Origin: Escherichia phage vB_EcoM_PTE-Eco05
Length of the DNA stretch: 64,000 bases
Sequence record: PQ306573.1
Direction: 5' to 3' (one strand)
The notes under the pieces were generated by a model. The model had not been told where the DNA came from, made no database searches, and worked only from the letters and a program-made list of their open reading frames with translations. The translations under genes were made by a program, and so were the position numbers. Positions 40,154 through 50,225 of this stretch are shown in pieces; the stretch's first letter is position 1, and the number at the start of each line of letters is the position of its first letter.

Positions 40154-40734
40154 TGAAAGCTAGCACATACCTTCAGATTGCATATCTGATTTCTCAAGAA
40201 TCAAAATGTTGTTCATGGAAAGTTGGTGCCGTCATTGAAAAAGATGGACGCATTATTTCTACAGGTTATAATGGCTCTCCTTCAGGTGGTACAAACTGTT
40301 GCGAACATGCATCCGAAAACGGCTGGTTGAAGAATAAACCAAGCCCGGTCATCGTTGCTGGACATAAAGAAGGCACTACAGCATTTGGACGGGCAGATAA
40401 TTTTGTTTTGGCTAAAGAACATCGGGCCGCTCATAGTGCATGGTCTGCTAATAACGAAATCCATGCTGAATTGAATGCCATTTTGTTTGCAGCTCGTAAA
40501 GGTAATTCTATTGAAGGTGCTACGTTATATACGACACTTTCTCCATGTCCTGATTGCACTAAAGCTATCACACAGTCAGGCATTAAAAAGGTTGTATATG
40601 CAGAATTATATGACCGGTCTCCTGAAAATTGGGCAGACATTCTAAAACAAGCCGGTATTGAAGTAATTCAGTACTCTCGTAATAATCTTCGTTCTCTGAA
40701 TTGGGAACAAATTCGAAACTTTTGTGGTGAATAA
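40153..40734 (+). CDS. cd: dCMP deaminase
   Basis: 193 aa; zinc-binding HAELNA ... SPCPDC deaminase motifs; T4 Cd length. Confidence 0.88.
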   Translation: MKASTYLQIAYLISQESKCCSWKVGAVIEKDGRIISTGYNGSPSGGTNCCEHASENGWLKNKPSPVIVAGHKEGTTAFGRADNFVLAKEHRAAHSAWSANNEIHAELNAILFAARKGNSIEGATLYTTLSPCPDCTKAITQSGIKKVVYAELYDRSPENWADILKQAGIEVIQYSRNNLRSLNWEQIRNFCGE

Positions 40735-41032
40735 TATGATTTTAACTGAACAAGAAACTATGGTTCTTCGTGAACGTATTAAAACTATTCTGTCTGTAGG
40801 TGTTCATTGTGTTGTATTTGAAAAGGCTAATGGTGATGTTCGTACGATGTTTGCCTCCCGTGATGAACTTGAAGTCAAATATGAAAATAGTAACCCATCA
40901 ACAGAAGTTCGTTCTGAACCTCGTGAATCAGTTCGAGCATTCGATACCAAGTTAGGTCAGTGGCGTTCTTTCCGCCTTGATAAAGTAATTTCGGTTGATG
41001 GTACTCCGGTAGAACGTTTGCTTCTTATGTAA
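40724..41032 (+). CDS. Hypothetical protein (31.x position)
   Basis: 102-aa ORF. Confidence 0.45.
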   Translation: MVNNMILTEQETMVLRERIKTILSVGVHCVVFEKANGDVRTMFASRDELEVKYENSNPSTEVRSEPRESVRAFDTKLGQWRSFRLDKVISVDGTPVERLLLM

Positions 41033-41089
41033 TATGCTTTACGAATAGTATGGTATTATTAATCTATCGTCAAACAACAAGGAAATAAG

Positions 41090-41422
41090 ATGTCTGAAGT
41101 ACAACTCCCAATTCGTGCTGTTGGTGAATATGTCATTCTGGTTTCTGAACCCGCTCAAGCAGGTGATGAAGAAGTTACCGAATCAGGACTTGTGATTGGT
41201 AAACGTGTTCAAGGTGAAGTTCCTGAACTATGTGTAGTTCATTCTGTAGGTCCTGATGTTCCTGAAGGTTTTGTTGAAGTCGGTGATTTGACTCCACTAC
41301 CAGTTGGACAAATTCGAAATGTTCCACATCCATTTGTGGCTTTGGGACTTAAACAACCTAAAGAAATTAAACAGAAATTCGTAACATGTCACTATAAAGC
41401 TATTCCGTGTCTTTATAAGTGA
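41090..41422 (+). CDS. 31: Co-chaperonin gp31 (GroES functional homologue)
   Basis: 110 aa; [29 protein letters not shown] matches T4 gp31. Confidence 0.92.
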   Translation: MSEVQLPIRAVGEYVILVSEPAQAGDEEVTESGLVIGKRVQGEVPELCVVHSVGPDVPEGFVEVGDLTPLPVGQIRNVPHPFVALGLKQPKEIKQKFVTCHYKAIPCLYK

Positions 41423-41546
41423 TATAAATAACTATATGAAGAGAACACTCTTCTAAGCGGTAGCCTACAACTGAGAGACTTGTCGAAAGAAGGTGAAATT
41501 CAGACGAACGTGGCTACTAAATATTATCTCGAATTGAGAATTTAAA

Positions 41547-41795
41547 ATGATTAAACAATTACAACACGCTCTTGAACTGCAACGAAACGCATGGAATAAC
41601 GGTCACGAAAACTACGGCGCGTCAATTGATGTTGAAGCCGAAGCACTGGAAATCCTGCGTTATTTCAAACATCTGAACCCGGTACAGGCAGCTTTGGCCT
41701 CTGAACTGGAAGCAAAAGATGAACTGAAATATGCTAAGCCTTTGGCTTCTGCAGCTCGTAAAGCAGTACGTCATTTTGTTATTACCCTTAAATAA
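41547..41795 (+). CDS. rIII: rIII lysis-inhibition accessory protein
   Basis: 82 aa; MIKQLQHALELQRNAWNNGHENYGASIDVEAEALEILRYF matches T4 rIII. Confidence 0.88.
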   Translation: MIKQLQHALELQRNAWNNGHENYGASIDVEAEALEILRYFKHLNPVQAALASELEAKDELKYAKPLASAARKAVRHFVITLK

Positions 41796-42089
41796 GTTTT
41801 AGGTGATTCGCTACCTTAGTGCGGCTAGAAAATCGAGGAGCCGTCGAACTGTCTGATTAATGATTTGCGAATCATTATAGTTTTAAGACCCCGACAGTTT
41901 TACGGTGTACCTCTTGAATGTATTTTGTACTATCACGCGTCAGAAAAAGGTTATCTGTCTAAGTCGTGGTTGGTATGATGACGGGTTTATGGTTATCCTG
42001 TCGTTAAATATCCAAAACCTATGTTCCCCTTGAGGGCTTGCGCAGGCAATGTCAATAAGTCCTGCATTTTCATTTAAAGAGAATTTATA

Positions 42090-42269
42090 ATGGCAAAACA
42101 AGCTAAAGCAAAGAAAGCAGTCGAAAAGAAAGTTGATGGTACCTCTAAACGCGCTGGATACAAGCGTGGGTCGAACTCTCGTATTAATCAAACAGTTGAG
42201 AAGATCATGCGCAGAGCACGTGCAGTTCTTCGAGATGATGCTTCTCGTTTTGGAAAGGTTGTTGCATAA
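42090..42269 (+). CDS. Small lysine-rich basic protein (59 aa)
   Basis: Not in ORF track (<60 aa); ATG 42090; followed by a strong terminator. Confidence 0.4.
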   Translation: MAKQAKAKKAVEKKVDGTSKRAGYKRGSNSRINQTVEKIMRRARAVLRDDASRFGKVVA

Positions 42270-42274
42270 TTTTA

Positions 42275-42296
42275 GGGAGACTTCGGTCTCCCTTTT
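42275..42296 (+). terminator. Rho-independent terminator, UUCG hairpin
   Basis: GGGAGAC-TTCG-GTCTCCC + TTTTG. Confidence 0.7.
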
Positions 42297-42329
42297 GTGA
42301 GTTTAGGGCAGAAAAAGTTTAAAAAAGAT

Positions 42330-42359
42330 GTTTACTCTCCTGTAGGATGTGTTACTATA
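42330..42359 (+). promoter_or_regulatory. T4-type early promoter
   Basis: GTTTAC-N18-TACTAT. Confidence 0.5.
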
Positions 42360-42399
42360 GACTTGTACCACCTAATCAATAAAACAACCGGAGAATAAA

Positions 42400-42765
42400 A
42401 TGAACTACATCAACTTCGAACGCAAATATGTTTCTAACGGTATCGCTGGTTCTATCGATATGGTTTGCTTGTGGAAGCATAAAAATGGTTCAGTATGTGA
42501 AATTGAGCAGTATATGACTCCTAATTACGTTTATATGCGCTTTGAAAATGGTATCACGGTTTCAATCACGATGGAAGGTTCCAACTTCAAAATTGCATTA
42601 GATGACGATTTCCGTCAACGTGATTTAGGTACTCATCCTTGCTGGAACGGTGTTAATCGTAAACTTCTGGTTAAAACTTGGATTCGTCATATCCTGAGTA
42701 ACCGAGCTAAACCTGAACATCTCGAAGCAATCTTTGATGTAGTTCTTAACGAATTCGATATCTAA
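42400..42765 (+). CDS. Hypothetical protein
   Basis: 121-aa ORF with GGAGAA RBS. Confidence 0.5.
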   Translation: MNYINFERKYVSNGIAGSIDMVCLWKHKNGSVCEIEQYMTPNYVYMRFENGITVSITMEGSNFKIALDDDFRQRDLGTHPCWNGVNRKLLVKTWIRHILSNRAKPEHLEAIFDVVLNEFDI

Positions 42766-42772
42766 TTTAACT

Positions 42773-42788
42773 GGGAGCCGAAGCTCCC
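42773..42788 (+). other. RNA hairpin (GNRA-type loop)
   Basis: GGGAGC-CGAA-GCTCCC, no clear U tract. Confidence 0.35.
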
Positions 42789-42804
42789 TATTGAGGAAAA
42801 TATT

Positions 42805-43092
42805 ATGTTTATGACCACTTATTTCGATACTCGTAAAAATTTCTGTGAAGTTGTTTTCTCTAAAGCAGGTAAAGATGTTCCTGCCGACAAACAGCCCACT
42901 CGTGAATCCATTAAGGCTTATGCTGATGTGGTTTGTCCAGTAGAATTCCGTACAGTCAATGGTCGTGACACCCTAGCAATCACTAAGCTCAACTATGATA
43001 TTAACATCGACCCTAGCGCCGCAAGTGAAGTCAATACCTCTGACATCTATGGCGGTAATGTTAAATCACACGGATTTCAGATGAGGTTCTAA
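42805..43092 (+). CDS. Hypothetical protein
   Basis: 95-aa ORF. Confidence 0.45.
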   Translation: MFMTTYFDTRKNFCEVVFSKAGKDVPADKQPTRESIKAYADVVCPVEFRTVNGRDTLAITKLNYDINIDPSAASEVNTSDIYGGNVKSHGFQMRF

Positions 43093-43286
43093 TGCAACTA
43101 TTCTTATCACAAACTGTCCAGTTAAAAGGTATAGGTATCCCCGGAATGATTTCAAAGGTTTTACATGCTTTTAAAATTAACGGTAATGTAATTAAAGAAG
43201 CCTATGCAGTCCTGTGGGTTGATGGAACTGAAGACGTCCGCATGAGCCAAGAACTGTCTGTAATCAAATGTTTAAAGCGAGGATAA
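43092..43286 (+). CDS. Hypothetical protein
   Basis: 64-aa ORF. Confidence 0.4.
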   Translation: MQLFLSQTVQLKGIGIPGMISKVLHAFKINGNVIKEAYAVLWVDGTEDVRMSQELSVIKCLKRG

Positions 43287-43287
43287 T

Positions 43288-43506
43288 ATGTTTAAGAAAC
43301 TGATGCAGAAATTGTTTGGTACGGAAATGATCGAAGTTACTTATCGTGTAACAGACGTTTTTCCATATTATGCAGAAAACCGTTTAGAACCATACGTTAC
43401 GTCAATTAAAATGCCTAAAAACGATGGAAATTTATCTATCGAAGACCGTATACCTGGATACGGTCATTGGGCTGATGTTGAAATTATAAGTGTTAAAGAT
43501 GTCTGA
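43288..43506 (+). CDS. Hypothetical protein
   Basis: 72-aa ORF. Confidence 0.4.
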   Translation: MFKKLMQKLFGTEMIEVTYRVTDVFPYYAENRLEPYVTSIKMPKNDGNLSIEDRIPGYGHWADVEIISVKDV

Positions 43507-43957
43507 ATTAGAAATAAGAAGTAATTTCAAGTGGCCGTCATGTGCATTAAGTAACTTTGCTCAATGGTCTTTTGTTATGGATGGTATTCAATTCGGAGGT
43601 CTTGAAGGATTTCTCCAAGGATGTAAGGTGAAAAATGTTGAACAACAAAGACGTATATTTGGGCTGTCTGGATTGGCTGCACAGCAAGCTGGAAGGTCTT
43701 ATGCAAGAGCTCAGGACCGTGGGACTCTCTTCTGGTTAGGAGTTCCATTTTCAAGATACTCCGAAGCATGGAAAGAATTATACACAAATGCATATTTTGA
43801 AGCCGCGATCCAAAACAAAGGGTTTCGTGATGCGTTACAAGCCTCTAAAGGAAAAATTTTGAAGCACAGCATGGCCAGCCACCTAACAAAAGATGATACA
43901 ATACTAACTGAAGCTGAATTTATTGATGTGTTAAACCTATTAAGAGACTCTTTATGA
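43490..43957 (+). CDS. Hypothetical protein (30.3 position)
   Basis: 155-aa ORF. Confidence 0.5.
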   Translation: MLKMSELEIRSNFKWPSCALSNFAQWSFVMDGIQFGGLEGFLQGCKVKNVEQQRRIFGLSGLAAQQAGRSYARAQDRGTLFWLGVPFSRYSEAWKELYTNAYFEAAIQNKGFRDALQASKGKILKHSMASHLTKDDTILTEAEFIDVLNLLRDSL

Positions 43958-44778
43958 AGCCTACTATTTTGACTGATATTGATGGTGTATGTTTAAGCTG
44001 GCAATCTGGACTTCCTTATTTTGCCCAAAAATATAATCTCCCATTAGAACATATTTTAAAAATGATTCAGGACGAAAAATTTATTTCTCCTGGTAAACTA
44101 TTCAATACCGACGATAACCTTGGTAAACAATTAATAGAAAAATATAATAGCTCTGATTTTATTCGTTACTTAGCGCCTTATTCGGATGCTCTTCGAGTTA
44201 TCAATAAACTAAAAGAAGACTATAATTTTGTAGCCGTGACGGCGCTAGGTGATTCAATTGATGCTCGATTGAATAGACAATTTAATTTGAATGCTTTGTT
44301 CCCAGGCGCTTTCTCTGAAGTAATGATGTGTGGTCATGATTCTTCAAAGGAACAATTATTTGAACTAGCTAAAACAAAATATAACGTGATTTGTTACGTT
44401 GACGATTTAGCTCATCACTGTGACCATGCAGCAGAAATTCTTAATGTACCGATTTATTGGTTGGCTCGTGGTGAACGTGATGCCATTCCTCGTACTGCAC
44501 AACGTGTACACACGTGGGATGATATTGAATCTCATTTGGTTCCACCTGAGCATAATTCAGATTCAGATCGTGAAGACCTTTTAAAACGATTGGCGGATTT
44601 GCTTAAAGAATCTGGTGCAACAAGTCCAGGTGCATGGCCTAATCAAATTGGTGGCCCCTCGACAACACGTACTCCATATACCTGGCGAACCCCAGGACCA
44701 ACTGATATGCAGCCGTGGTGGACGATTCAAAACTTTCCTTTAGATTCGTCTAAATGGACTTGGTCTATAAATTGTTAA
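43954..44778 (+). CDS. HAD-superfamily hydrolase-like protein (30.2 position)
   Basis: 274 aa; N-terminal DIDGV motif. Confidence 0.5.
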   Translation: MKPTILTDIDGVCLSWQSGLPYFAQKYNLPLEHILKMIQDEKFISPGKLFNTDDNLGKQLIEKYNSSDFIRYLAPYSDALRVINKLKEDYNFVAVTALGDSIDARLNRQFNLNALFPGAFSEVMMCGHDSSKEQLFELAKTKYNVICYVDDLAHHCDHAAEILNVPIYWLARGERDAIPRTAQRVHTWDDIESHLVPPEHNSDSDREDLLKRLADLLKESGATSPGAWPNQIGGPSTTRTPYTWRTPGPTDMQPWWTIQNFPLDSSKWTWSINC

Positions 44779-44787
44779 GGGTTAATT

Positions 44788-45057
44788 ATGTTTGTAGTTC
44801 ATGATATTACAGATGGCAAAAATACCACACGTGACTACGGTCACGTTAACATGTTCTTTCGAGACTGGCCATTGTTTCGTTCAGTAAAAGACGCAGAAAT
44901 ATTTAAAGAGTGTGTTGAACAAGGGTTCATCTACATTTCAGAATACTATGTTGAAGGACTCGGTAAATGGATTACCACTTATCAGAAAACGCTGAAATCG
45001 CTTCTAGATGAAGTGGCTTATAATAGAACCGTAACCAAAATCGAGGACATCAAATGA
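44788..45057 (+). CDS. Hypothetical protein (30.1 position)
   Basis: 89-aa ORF. Confidence 0.45.
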   Translation: MFVVHDITDGKNTTRDYGHVNMFFRDWPLFRSVKDAEIFKECVEQGFIYISEYYVEGLGKWITTYQKTLKSLLDEVAYNRTVTKIEDIK

Positions 45058-46547
45058 TTTTAGATATTTTAAACCAAATAGCTGCGATCGGTTCTACTAA
45101 AACAAAACAAGAAATCCTTAAGAAAAATAAGGACAACAAATTACTTGAACGTGTGTATCGTTTAACATATGCACGTGGTATCCAGTATTATATTAAGAAA
45201 TGGCCAGGACCAGGTGAAAGGTCTCAAGCGTATGGTCTTCTCGAATTAGATGACATGTTGGATTTTATTGAGTTCACATTAGCCACTCGTAAACTCACTG
45301 GTAATGCTGCAATTAAAGAGCTCATGGGTTATATCGCTGACGGTAAACCTGATGATGTAGAAGTCCTTCGTCGTGTAATGATGCGCGACCTTGAAGTAGG
45401 TGCTTCAGTGTCTATCGCGAATAAGGTGTGGCCTGGACTTATTCAATTGCAACCACAGATGTTAGCATCTGCATATGATGAGAAATTGATTACTAAAAAT
45501 ATTAAATGGCCTGCATTTGCTCAATTAAAAGCCGATGGTGCTCGTTGTTTCGCTGAAGTTCTCGATGATGGTGTTCAATTCTTTTCTCGTGCCGGTAACG
45601 AATACCATGGTCTTACTCTATTAGCGGATGAACTAATGGAAATGACTAAAGAAGCTCGTGAAAGACACCCTAATGGGGTTTTAATCGACGGCGAATTAGT
45701 TTATCATTCATTTGATATTAAAAAGGCTGTGAGCTCAGGAAATGACCTGTCGTTCTTATTTGGTGATAATGAAGAATCCGAAGAAGTACAGGTTGCAGAC
45801 CGTAGCACTTCAAATGGTTTAGCAAATAAATCTCTTCAAGGGACTATTTCTCCTAAAGAAGCGGAAGGTATGGTTCTTCAAGCCTGGGACTATGTTCCTT
45901 TAGATGAAGTCTATTCTGATGGCAAAATTAAAGGTCAGAAATACGATGTTCGTTTTGCTGCTCTTGAAAATATGGCTGAAGGCTTTAAGCGAATTGAGCC
46001 GATTGAAAATCAGTTAGTTCGTAATCTTGATGAAGCTAAATTGGTTTATAAAAAATATGTTGACCAAGGTCTTGAAGGTATTATCCTTAAAAACCGTGAT
46101 TCATATTGGGAAAACAAACGCTCTAAGAACCTAATTAAATTTAAAGAAGTTATTGATATCGCTTTAGAAGTTGTAGGATATTATGAACACTCTAAAGACC
46201 CTAACAAATTAGGTGGTGTCGAACTCGTATCACGTTGTCGTCGTATTACAACCGATTGTGGTTCAGGGTTTAAAGATACAACTCATAAAACAGTTGATGG
46301 TGTAAAGGTTCTTATTCCTTTAGATGAGCGTCATGATTTAGACCGTGAACGATTAATGTCCGAAGCTCGTGAAGGTAAATTGATTGGACGTATTGCTGAT
46401 TGTGAATGCAATGGTTGGGTTCATTCTAAAGGACGTGAAGGCACTGTAGGTATTTTCCTTCCAATTATTAAAGGGTTCCGTTTTGATAAAACAGAAGCGG
46501 ATTCATTTGAAGACGTATTTGGACCGTGGTCCCAGACAGGTTTATAA
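45054..46547 (+). CDS. 30: ATP-dependent DNA ligase
   Basis: 497 aa; adenylation motif AQLKADGARC (KxDG); position after 30.x ORFs. Confidence 0.9.
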   Translation: MILDILNQIAAIGSTKTKQEILKKNKDNKLLERVYRLTYARGIQYYIKKWPGPGERSQAYGLLELDDMLDFIEFTLATRKLTGNAAIKELMGYIADGKPDDVEVLRRVMMRDLEVGASVSIANKVWPGLIQLQPQMLASAYDEKLITKNIKWPAFAQLKADGARCFAEVLDDGVQFFSRAGNEYHGLTLLADELMEMTKEARERHPNGVLIDGELVYHSFDIKKAVSSGNDLSFLFGDNEESEEVQVADRSTSNGLANKSLQGTISPKEAEGMVLQAWDYVPLDEVYSDGKIKGQKYDVRFAALENMAEGFKRIEPIENQLVRNLDEAKLVYKKYVDQGLEGIILKNRDSYWENKRSKNLIKFKEVIDIALEVVGYYEHSKDPNKLGGVELVSRCRRITTDCGSGFKDTTHKTVDGVKVLIPLDERHDLDRERLMSEAREGKLIGRIADCECNGWVHSKGREGTVGIFLPIIKGFRFDKTEADSFEDVFGPWSQTGL

Positions 46548-46735
46548 TGAAAGCTTATTTAGAAACAGTTATTGTAGCTAAGAAGGATGGTGGAGATGTT
46601 TCCACCTCTTGCTCTCAGATTATATTAGATTTTCCTAATGAAAATTCGTATCGGGTTTTCGTAGATAACGTTAATGGGTACGAAAAAGGCCCCAATTTTG
46701 AAGTTTATCGTACTTTGCTCCCGATTGTGGATTAA
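46547..46735 (+). CDS. Hypothetical small protein
   Basis: 62 aa from ATG overlapping ligase stop (TAATG). Confidence 0.4.
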   Translation: MKAYLETVIVAKKDGGDVSTSCSQIILDFPNENSYRVFVDNVNGYEKGPNFEVYRTLLPIVD

Positions 46736-46754
46736 GAGCCTTCGGGCTCTTTTT
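46736..46754 (+). terminator. Rho-independent terminator, UUCG hairpin
   Basis: GAGCC-TTCG-GGCTC + TTTTT. Confidence 0.65.
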
Positions 46755-46762
46755 GGCATAAA

Positions 46763-46770
46763 TATAAATT
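46763..46770 (+). promoter_or_regulatory. Late-promoter-like element upstream of alt
   Basis: TATAAATT (7/8 to TATAAATA). Confidence 0.4.
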
Positions 46771-46790
46771 ATTACTAAAAGGAAAACACT

Positions 46791-48878
46791 ATGTCTGAAC
46801 AATTAAATGAAGTGTTTGAATCTGAAGGCAGTCTTCCTGTCGTCAATTTGAACCCTAAAGCTAAAGTTCCACAAGTCTGGAAAATTGGTGATATCGATAC
46901 AAACATCGTAGTTCGCTTATTCTCTTACCTTTCTGAAGGCGATGCTGTAAAACAAGTTAAACTTGGCGACAAATACGCTCATGTTGTTATTATGAGTCTG
47001 TCTGAAAAGGGTAATCTCGCTGAATTGAAAAATGGCCTTGGTCCTACTCCTATTGATGCAATCAACACCATTTTCAATACAGTATATGAACAGGTTAAAG
47101 CTCTTCGTATGGATGCAGTTCTGTTCCGATTCCCTACCAAGAAATTGAAAGGACGTGGACAGCAGCTTCAAACTCTTCTTGCTCGTTTAGTTTCTACTAA
47201 AACCGGTGGTCGTTTTAAAGTATTGTCGGCAATGTATCAATTCACAGGTAAACACACCTATGTGATGATGGTTCGTAAAAATGCCAACATTGAAGATATT
47301 AAAGGCATCCCTAACATTAACACAGAGTTGTACACGAAAGTAGATTCTGATGTTGGCGAAGTTTATGTGAGTAAAAAGACTGGCGAAAAGGTCACCAAAG
47401 AAACGGCTATCGCTGGTTCTATTGCTGCTGTAGAAGAAAAACGTAAAGATAAGCCTGTTATTGCTCGTACTAAAATTTCTCGTCGCGCTATTGCCGCAAG
47501 CCAATCTTTAGAAGCTGACCGCCAAGAAGGTGAGTTATTCCAGAAATATGAAAATTCTGCTAAAGAAGTTAGTGGCCCGGCTACAGCCGAATTACTTCCT
47601 GAAGCATATGAAATCGTACTAGCCCAAGCATCGTCCACAGCAAAAGGCACTTTAGTTGCTGATATCGAAAATAAGATTTATAATCGTATTGATGAATCCT
47701 TTAGATTTGCTGATGAAGTTTCTTATGGTAGTGTTATTAAGCCAACTTTAGAAAAGTTTGCTAAAAAAATTAAAACTGAAAAAACAACATCTGTTAAAGC
47801 ATTAGCTGCTTTTGTTGAAGCTGCAAATGAAATTGCAGACTCTATTAAAGACGAATGGTTTGAAGATTTTAGACGTGATAATTTCCAACTGGCCGACGAT
47901 GTTTTAGCTGAAGTATCTGAAAAAACTTGGAAACAACGTAAATCAGCGTTCTTGTCTAATGTGATGTATACTTATGCACGAGAATCGGCTAGAGGCACCT
48001 TTAATATAACAATGAATCGGGACCCTAAACAATACTCTGTTGCTGAAAAACGAGCTATTCGTGAATATGCCTCTTCTGCGTATACCGATATCAATAATAT
48101 GTTGTTAGGTCGTTATAAACCAGATTTTTACGATGTTGCGGATGAAGATGAAGTTAAACGCGCTATTGATGGTCTTGATTCGGCGTTTTTAAATGGAGAC
48201 CGTTTACCTGAAGGACTAACGTTATATAGAGCTCAGTCTATCAGAATGCCTATTTACGAAGCAATGGTTAAAAATAAGGTATTCTACTTCAGAAACTATG
48301 TTTCCACTTCACTAGCTCCTATTATTTTTGGTGGGTTTAAAGAGAACGTTGCCCTTGGACTTGCTCCTGAAGAAGTTCGCAAAGAGCTTAACATTGACAA
48401 TAATGACGAAGGTGTTACTATTTCTCCTAGTCAAGTAAGAACAGCTATGCATGCTCCAGAACAAATCCGTGTTAACGTTGGATGGGCTATTGATGGCGCC
48501 CATAAAGTTAACGTGATTTATCCAGGACAGTTGAGTAATCACCCTAATGAGCAAGAAATTATTTTGCCTAGAGGCATTCTCTTGCAGATAAATAAAATTA
48601 CAGATGCGTCATCTGACACCGGTGCAGGTTTAGAATCCAACCTTAAATTTATTCAAGCTGAAGTCATGTCCTCAGACCAGTTGGATGAAGCCGTCATTTA
48701 TGATGGTGATGTTCTCATGGAAACAGGCGAGGTGGTTGCTATGACGGGTGAAATCGAATCGGATGAGCCGGTATCGTTCTCCTCATTTGTAGAAAAAACT
48801 AGTGCACCTAAAGGTTTGAAATTGTTAGCATCTTTAATGGATTTAGAATCAGTTCCGTTTAAATTTGTCCAAGGATAG
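46791..48878 (+). CDS. alt: ADP-ribosyltransferase Alt (packaged head protein)
   Basis: 695 aa; C-terminal ART-like R / STS / E spacing; position between 30 and 54. Confidence 0.8.
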   Translation: MSEQLNEVFESEGSLPVVNLNPKAKVPQVWKIGDIDTNIVVRLFSYLSEGDAVKQVKLGDKYAHVVIMSLSEKGNLAELKNGLGPTPIDAINTIFNTVYEQVKALRMDAVLFRFPTKKLKGRGQQLQTLLARLVSTKTGGRFKVLSAMYQFTGKHTYVMMVRKNANIEDIKGIPNINTELYTKVDSDVGEVYVSKKTGEKVTKETAIAGSIAAVEEKRKDKPVIARTKISRRAIAASQSLEADRQEGELFQKYENSAKEVSGPATAELLPEAYEIVLAQASSTAKGTLVADIENKIYNRIDESFRFADEVSYGSVIKPTLEKFAKKIKTEKTTSVKALAAFVEAANEIADSIKDEWFEDFRRDNFQLADDVLAEVSEKTWKQRKSAFLSNVMYTYARESARGTFNITMNRDPKQYSVAEKRAIREYASSAYTDINNMLLGRYKPDFYDVADEDEVKRAIDGLDSAFLNGDRLPEGLTLYRAQSIRMPIYEAMVKNKVFYFRNYVSTSLAPIIFGGFKENVALGLAPEEVRKELNIDNNDEGVTISPSQVRTAMHAPEQIRVNVGWAIDGAHKVNVIYPGQLSNHPNEQEIILPRGILLQINKITDASSDTGAGLESNLKFIQAEVMSSDQLDEAVIYDGDVLMETGEVVAMTGEIESDEPVSFSSFVEKTSAPKGLKLLASLMDLESVPFKFVQG

Positions 48879-48907
48879 TTTACAAACACACAGATGTGTG
48901 ATACTAT
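48878..48907 (+). promoter_or_regulatory. T4-type early promoter
   Basis: GTTTAC-N18-TACTAT; inverted repeat ACACA/TGTGT in spacer. Confidence 0.5.
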
Positions 48908-48936
48908 CATCCCATCAACAACATGAGGAAAACGTT

Positions 48937-49230
48937 ATGAAATCTATGCTTCGCTTTAATGGTCAAGAACTAGTAGTTGAAGATGCTATCCCAGCGGATG
49001 ATGCTTTTAACGAAGCTGTGATTGACGAATTGAATCGAGTATTCCCAGGTGCATTCCATATTGCTATGGAACCTCTTAAAAACTTTCGTGACCCTGAGCA
49101 CACTGATCAAATTTTTATCGGTGTAGTGACAGGTCATTTAGAAACAGAGGTACCAATGGTCGTATTAGTTAAATACTCTAAAGATGATACTCCATTTCGA
49201 GCACCAGCATTCCTTTCATTCCGTAAATAA
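48937..49230 (+). CDS. Hypothetical protein
   Basis: 97 aa from ATG 48937 (GAGGAAA RBS); track ORF begins upstream at 48865. Confidence 0.45.
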   Translation: MKSMLRFNGQELVVEDAIPADDAFNEAVIDELNRVFPGAFHIAMEPLKNFRDPEHTDQIFIGVVTGHLETEVPMVVLVKYSKDDTPFRAPAFLSFRK

Positions 49231-49239
49231 ACCCCTAAA

Positions 49240-49261
49240 GGGAGACAACGTCTCCCTTTTT
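49240..49261. terminator. Bidirectional terminator between convergent genes
   Basis: GGGAGAC-AAC-GTCTCCC flanked by A run upstream and T run downstream. Confidence 0.65.
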
Positions 49262-49262
49262 C

Positions 49263-50225
49263 TTATAGTCCTAAAACTCTTGACGCAGAATTCACCACAC
49301 CTGTCAATGTGTTTATATTAGACACACCACCGGCAGTCCCACCTAATCTAGAAAGTCTTGATACTGCACTTCCTAGTCCAGAATCATTCTGATTATTTCC
49401 AAACATTCCTGAAACACTACTAATAAGTCCTGATTCCAGCCATTCTAAAGCAGCCTGTCTATTTACAGCACCTGATTGCATAACGCGATAAGCAAATGTT
49501 ACGTCAAAAACTGTTATCTGATTATCACCATCATACGTTAACTCAGGAGAAGAGACACTAACAGGAATACATCCGGTGAACATGACAGCGGTATGTGGTA
49601 AACCATTTCTCGCATGTAAATTAACCTGAATATCTGCTTCGACGTCTTGTGGTAAAGCGCGAAGACCTGTTACAGGGTCTTGGACTGAGTTTACCCAGTC
49701 CTGCATTGCTCTAAAGTTAGATGCTTCGGAATCCATTCTAAAGCTTATTACTAACGGATCCATTTCTCGACCGGTAATTCGGATGTTCGGGGAGTTATAG
49801 TTGAAATCCGTTTCATAAGATAATCGGTTCTCAGGCATTTTTACAGAATAAATCATTAAACCTGTATTATTATATGCCATATTGAAGAAGTCTATCAGAT
49901 AAGCTCCTACTGTGAACTCACCTAACAAGCTTTGTACCGTACGTTGACTCATTGCTCCAATCAGATATTTACTTACACCTGATTTTCGAATTAATTTCTG
50001 TGTTCCTGCTGTAATCAGGGTTGTTACGCCCTGATTGATATCACCTTGAGTCAATCCTAGCCAATCTGAATCCAACCCTAAGTTATTATAAGCAAAACTA
50101 CCAATTGACGAAATTAGTGAAGACGATTTGGTCGATGGCGTAGTAGCAAATACACAACTAAACATATTGTTTCGTTGGAAATCTGCATTTATAGCTTGGT
50201 TATTAAATTCTTCTAAAGAGTACAT
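49263..50225 (-). CDS. 54: Baseplate tail tube initiator gp54
   Basis: 320 aa (T4 gp54 length); position in baseplate cluster. Confidence 0.85.
   Translation of the reverse strand: MYSLEEFNNQAINADFQRNNMFSCVFATTPSTKSSSLISSIGSFAYNNLGLDSDWLGLTQGDINQGVTTLITAGTQKLIRKSGVSKYLIGAMSQRTVQSLLGEFTVGAYLIDFFNMAYNNTGLMIYSVKMPENRLSYETDFNYNSPNIRITGREMDPLVISFRMDSEASNFRAMQDWVNSVQDPVTGLRALPQDVEADIQVNLHARNGLPHTAVMFTGCIPVSVSSPELTYDGDNQITVFDVTFAYRVMQSGAVNRQAALEWLESGLISSVSGMFGNNQNDSGLGSAVSRLSRLGGTAGGVSNINTLTGVVNSASRVLGL

Noticed and set aside
41897-41933. Possible early promoter GTTTTAC ... TACTAT after rIII
   Set aside because: Spacer is ~24 nt, outside the 17-18 nt of the other family members.
41940-42191. 83-aa minus-strand ORF in the rIII-downstream non-coding interval
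   Set aside because: No RBS, overlaps the plus-strand 59-aa ORF and its leader, and runs against the local transcription direction.
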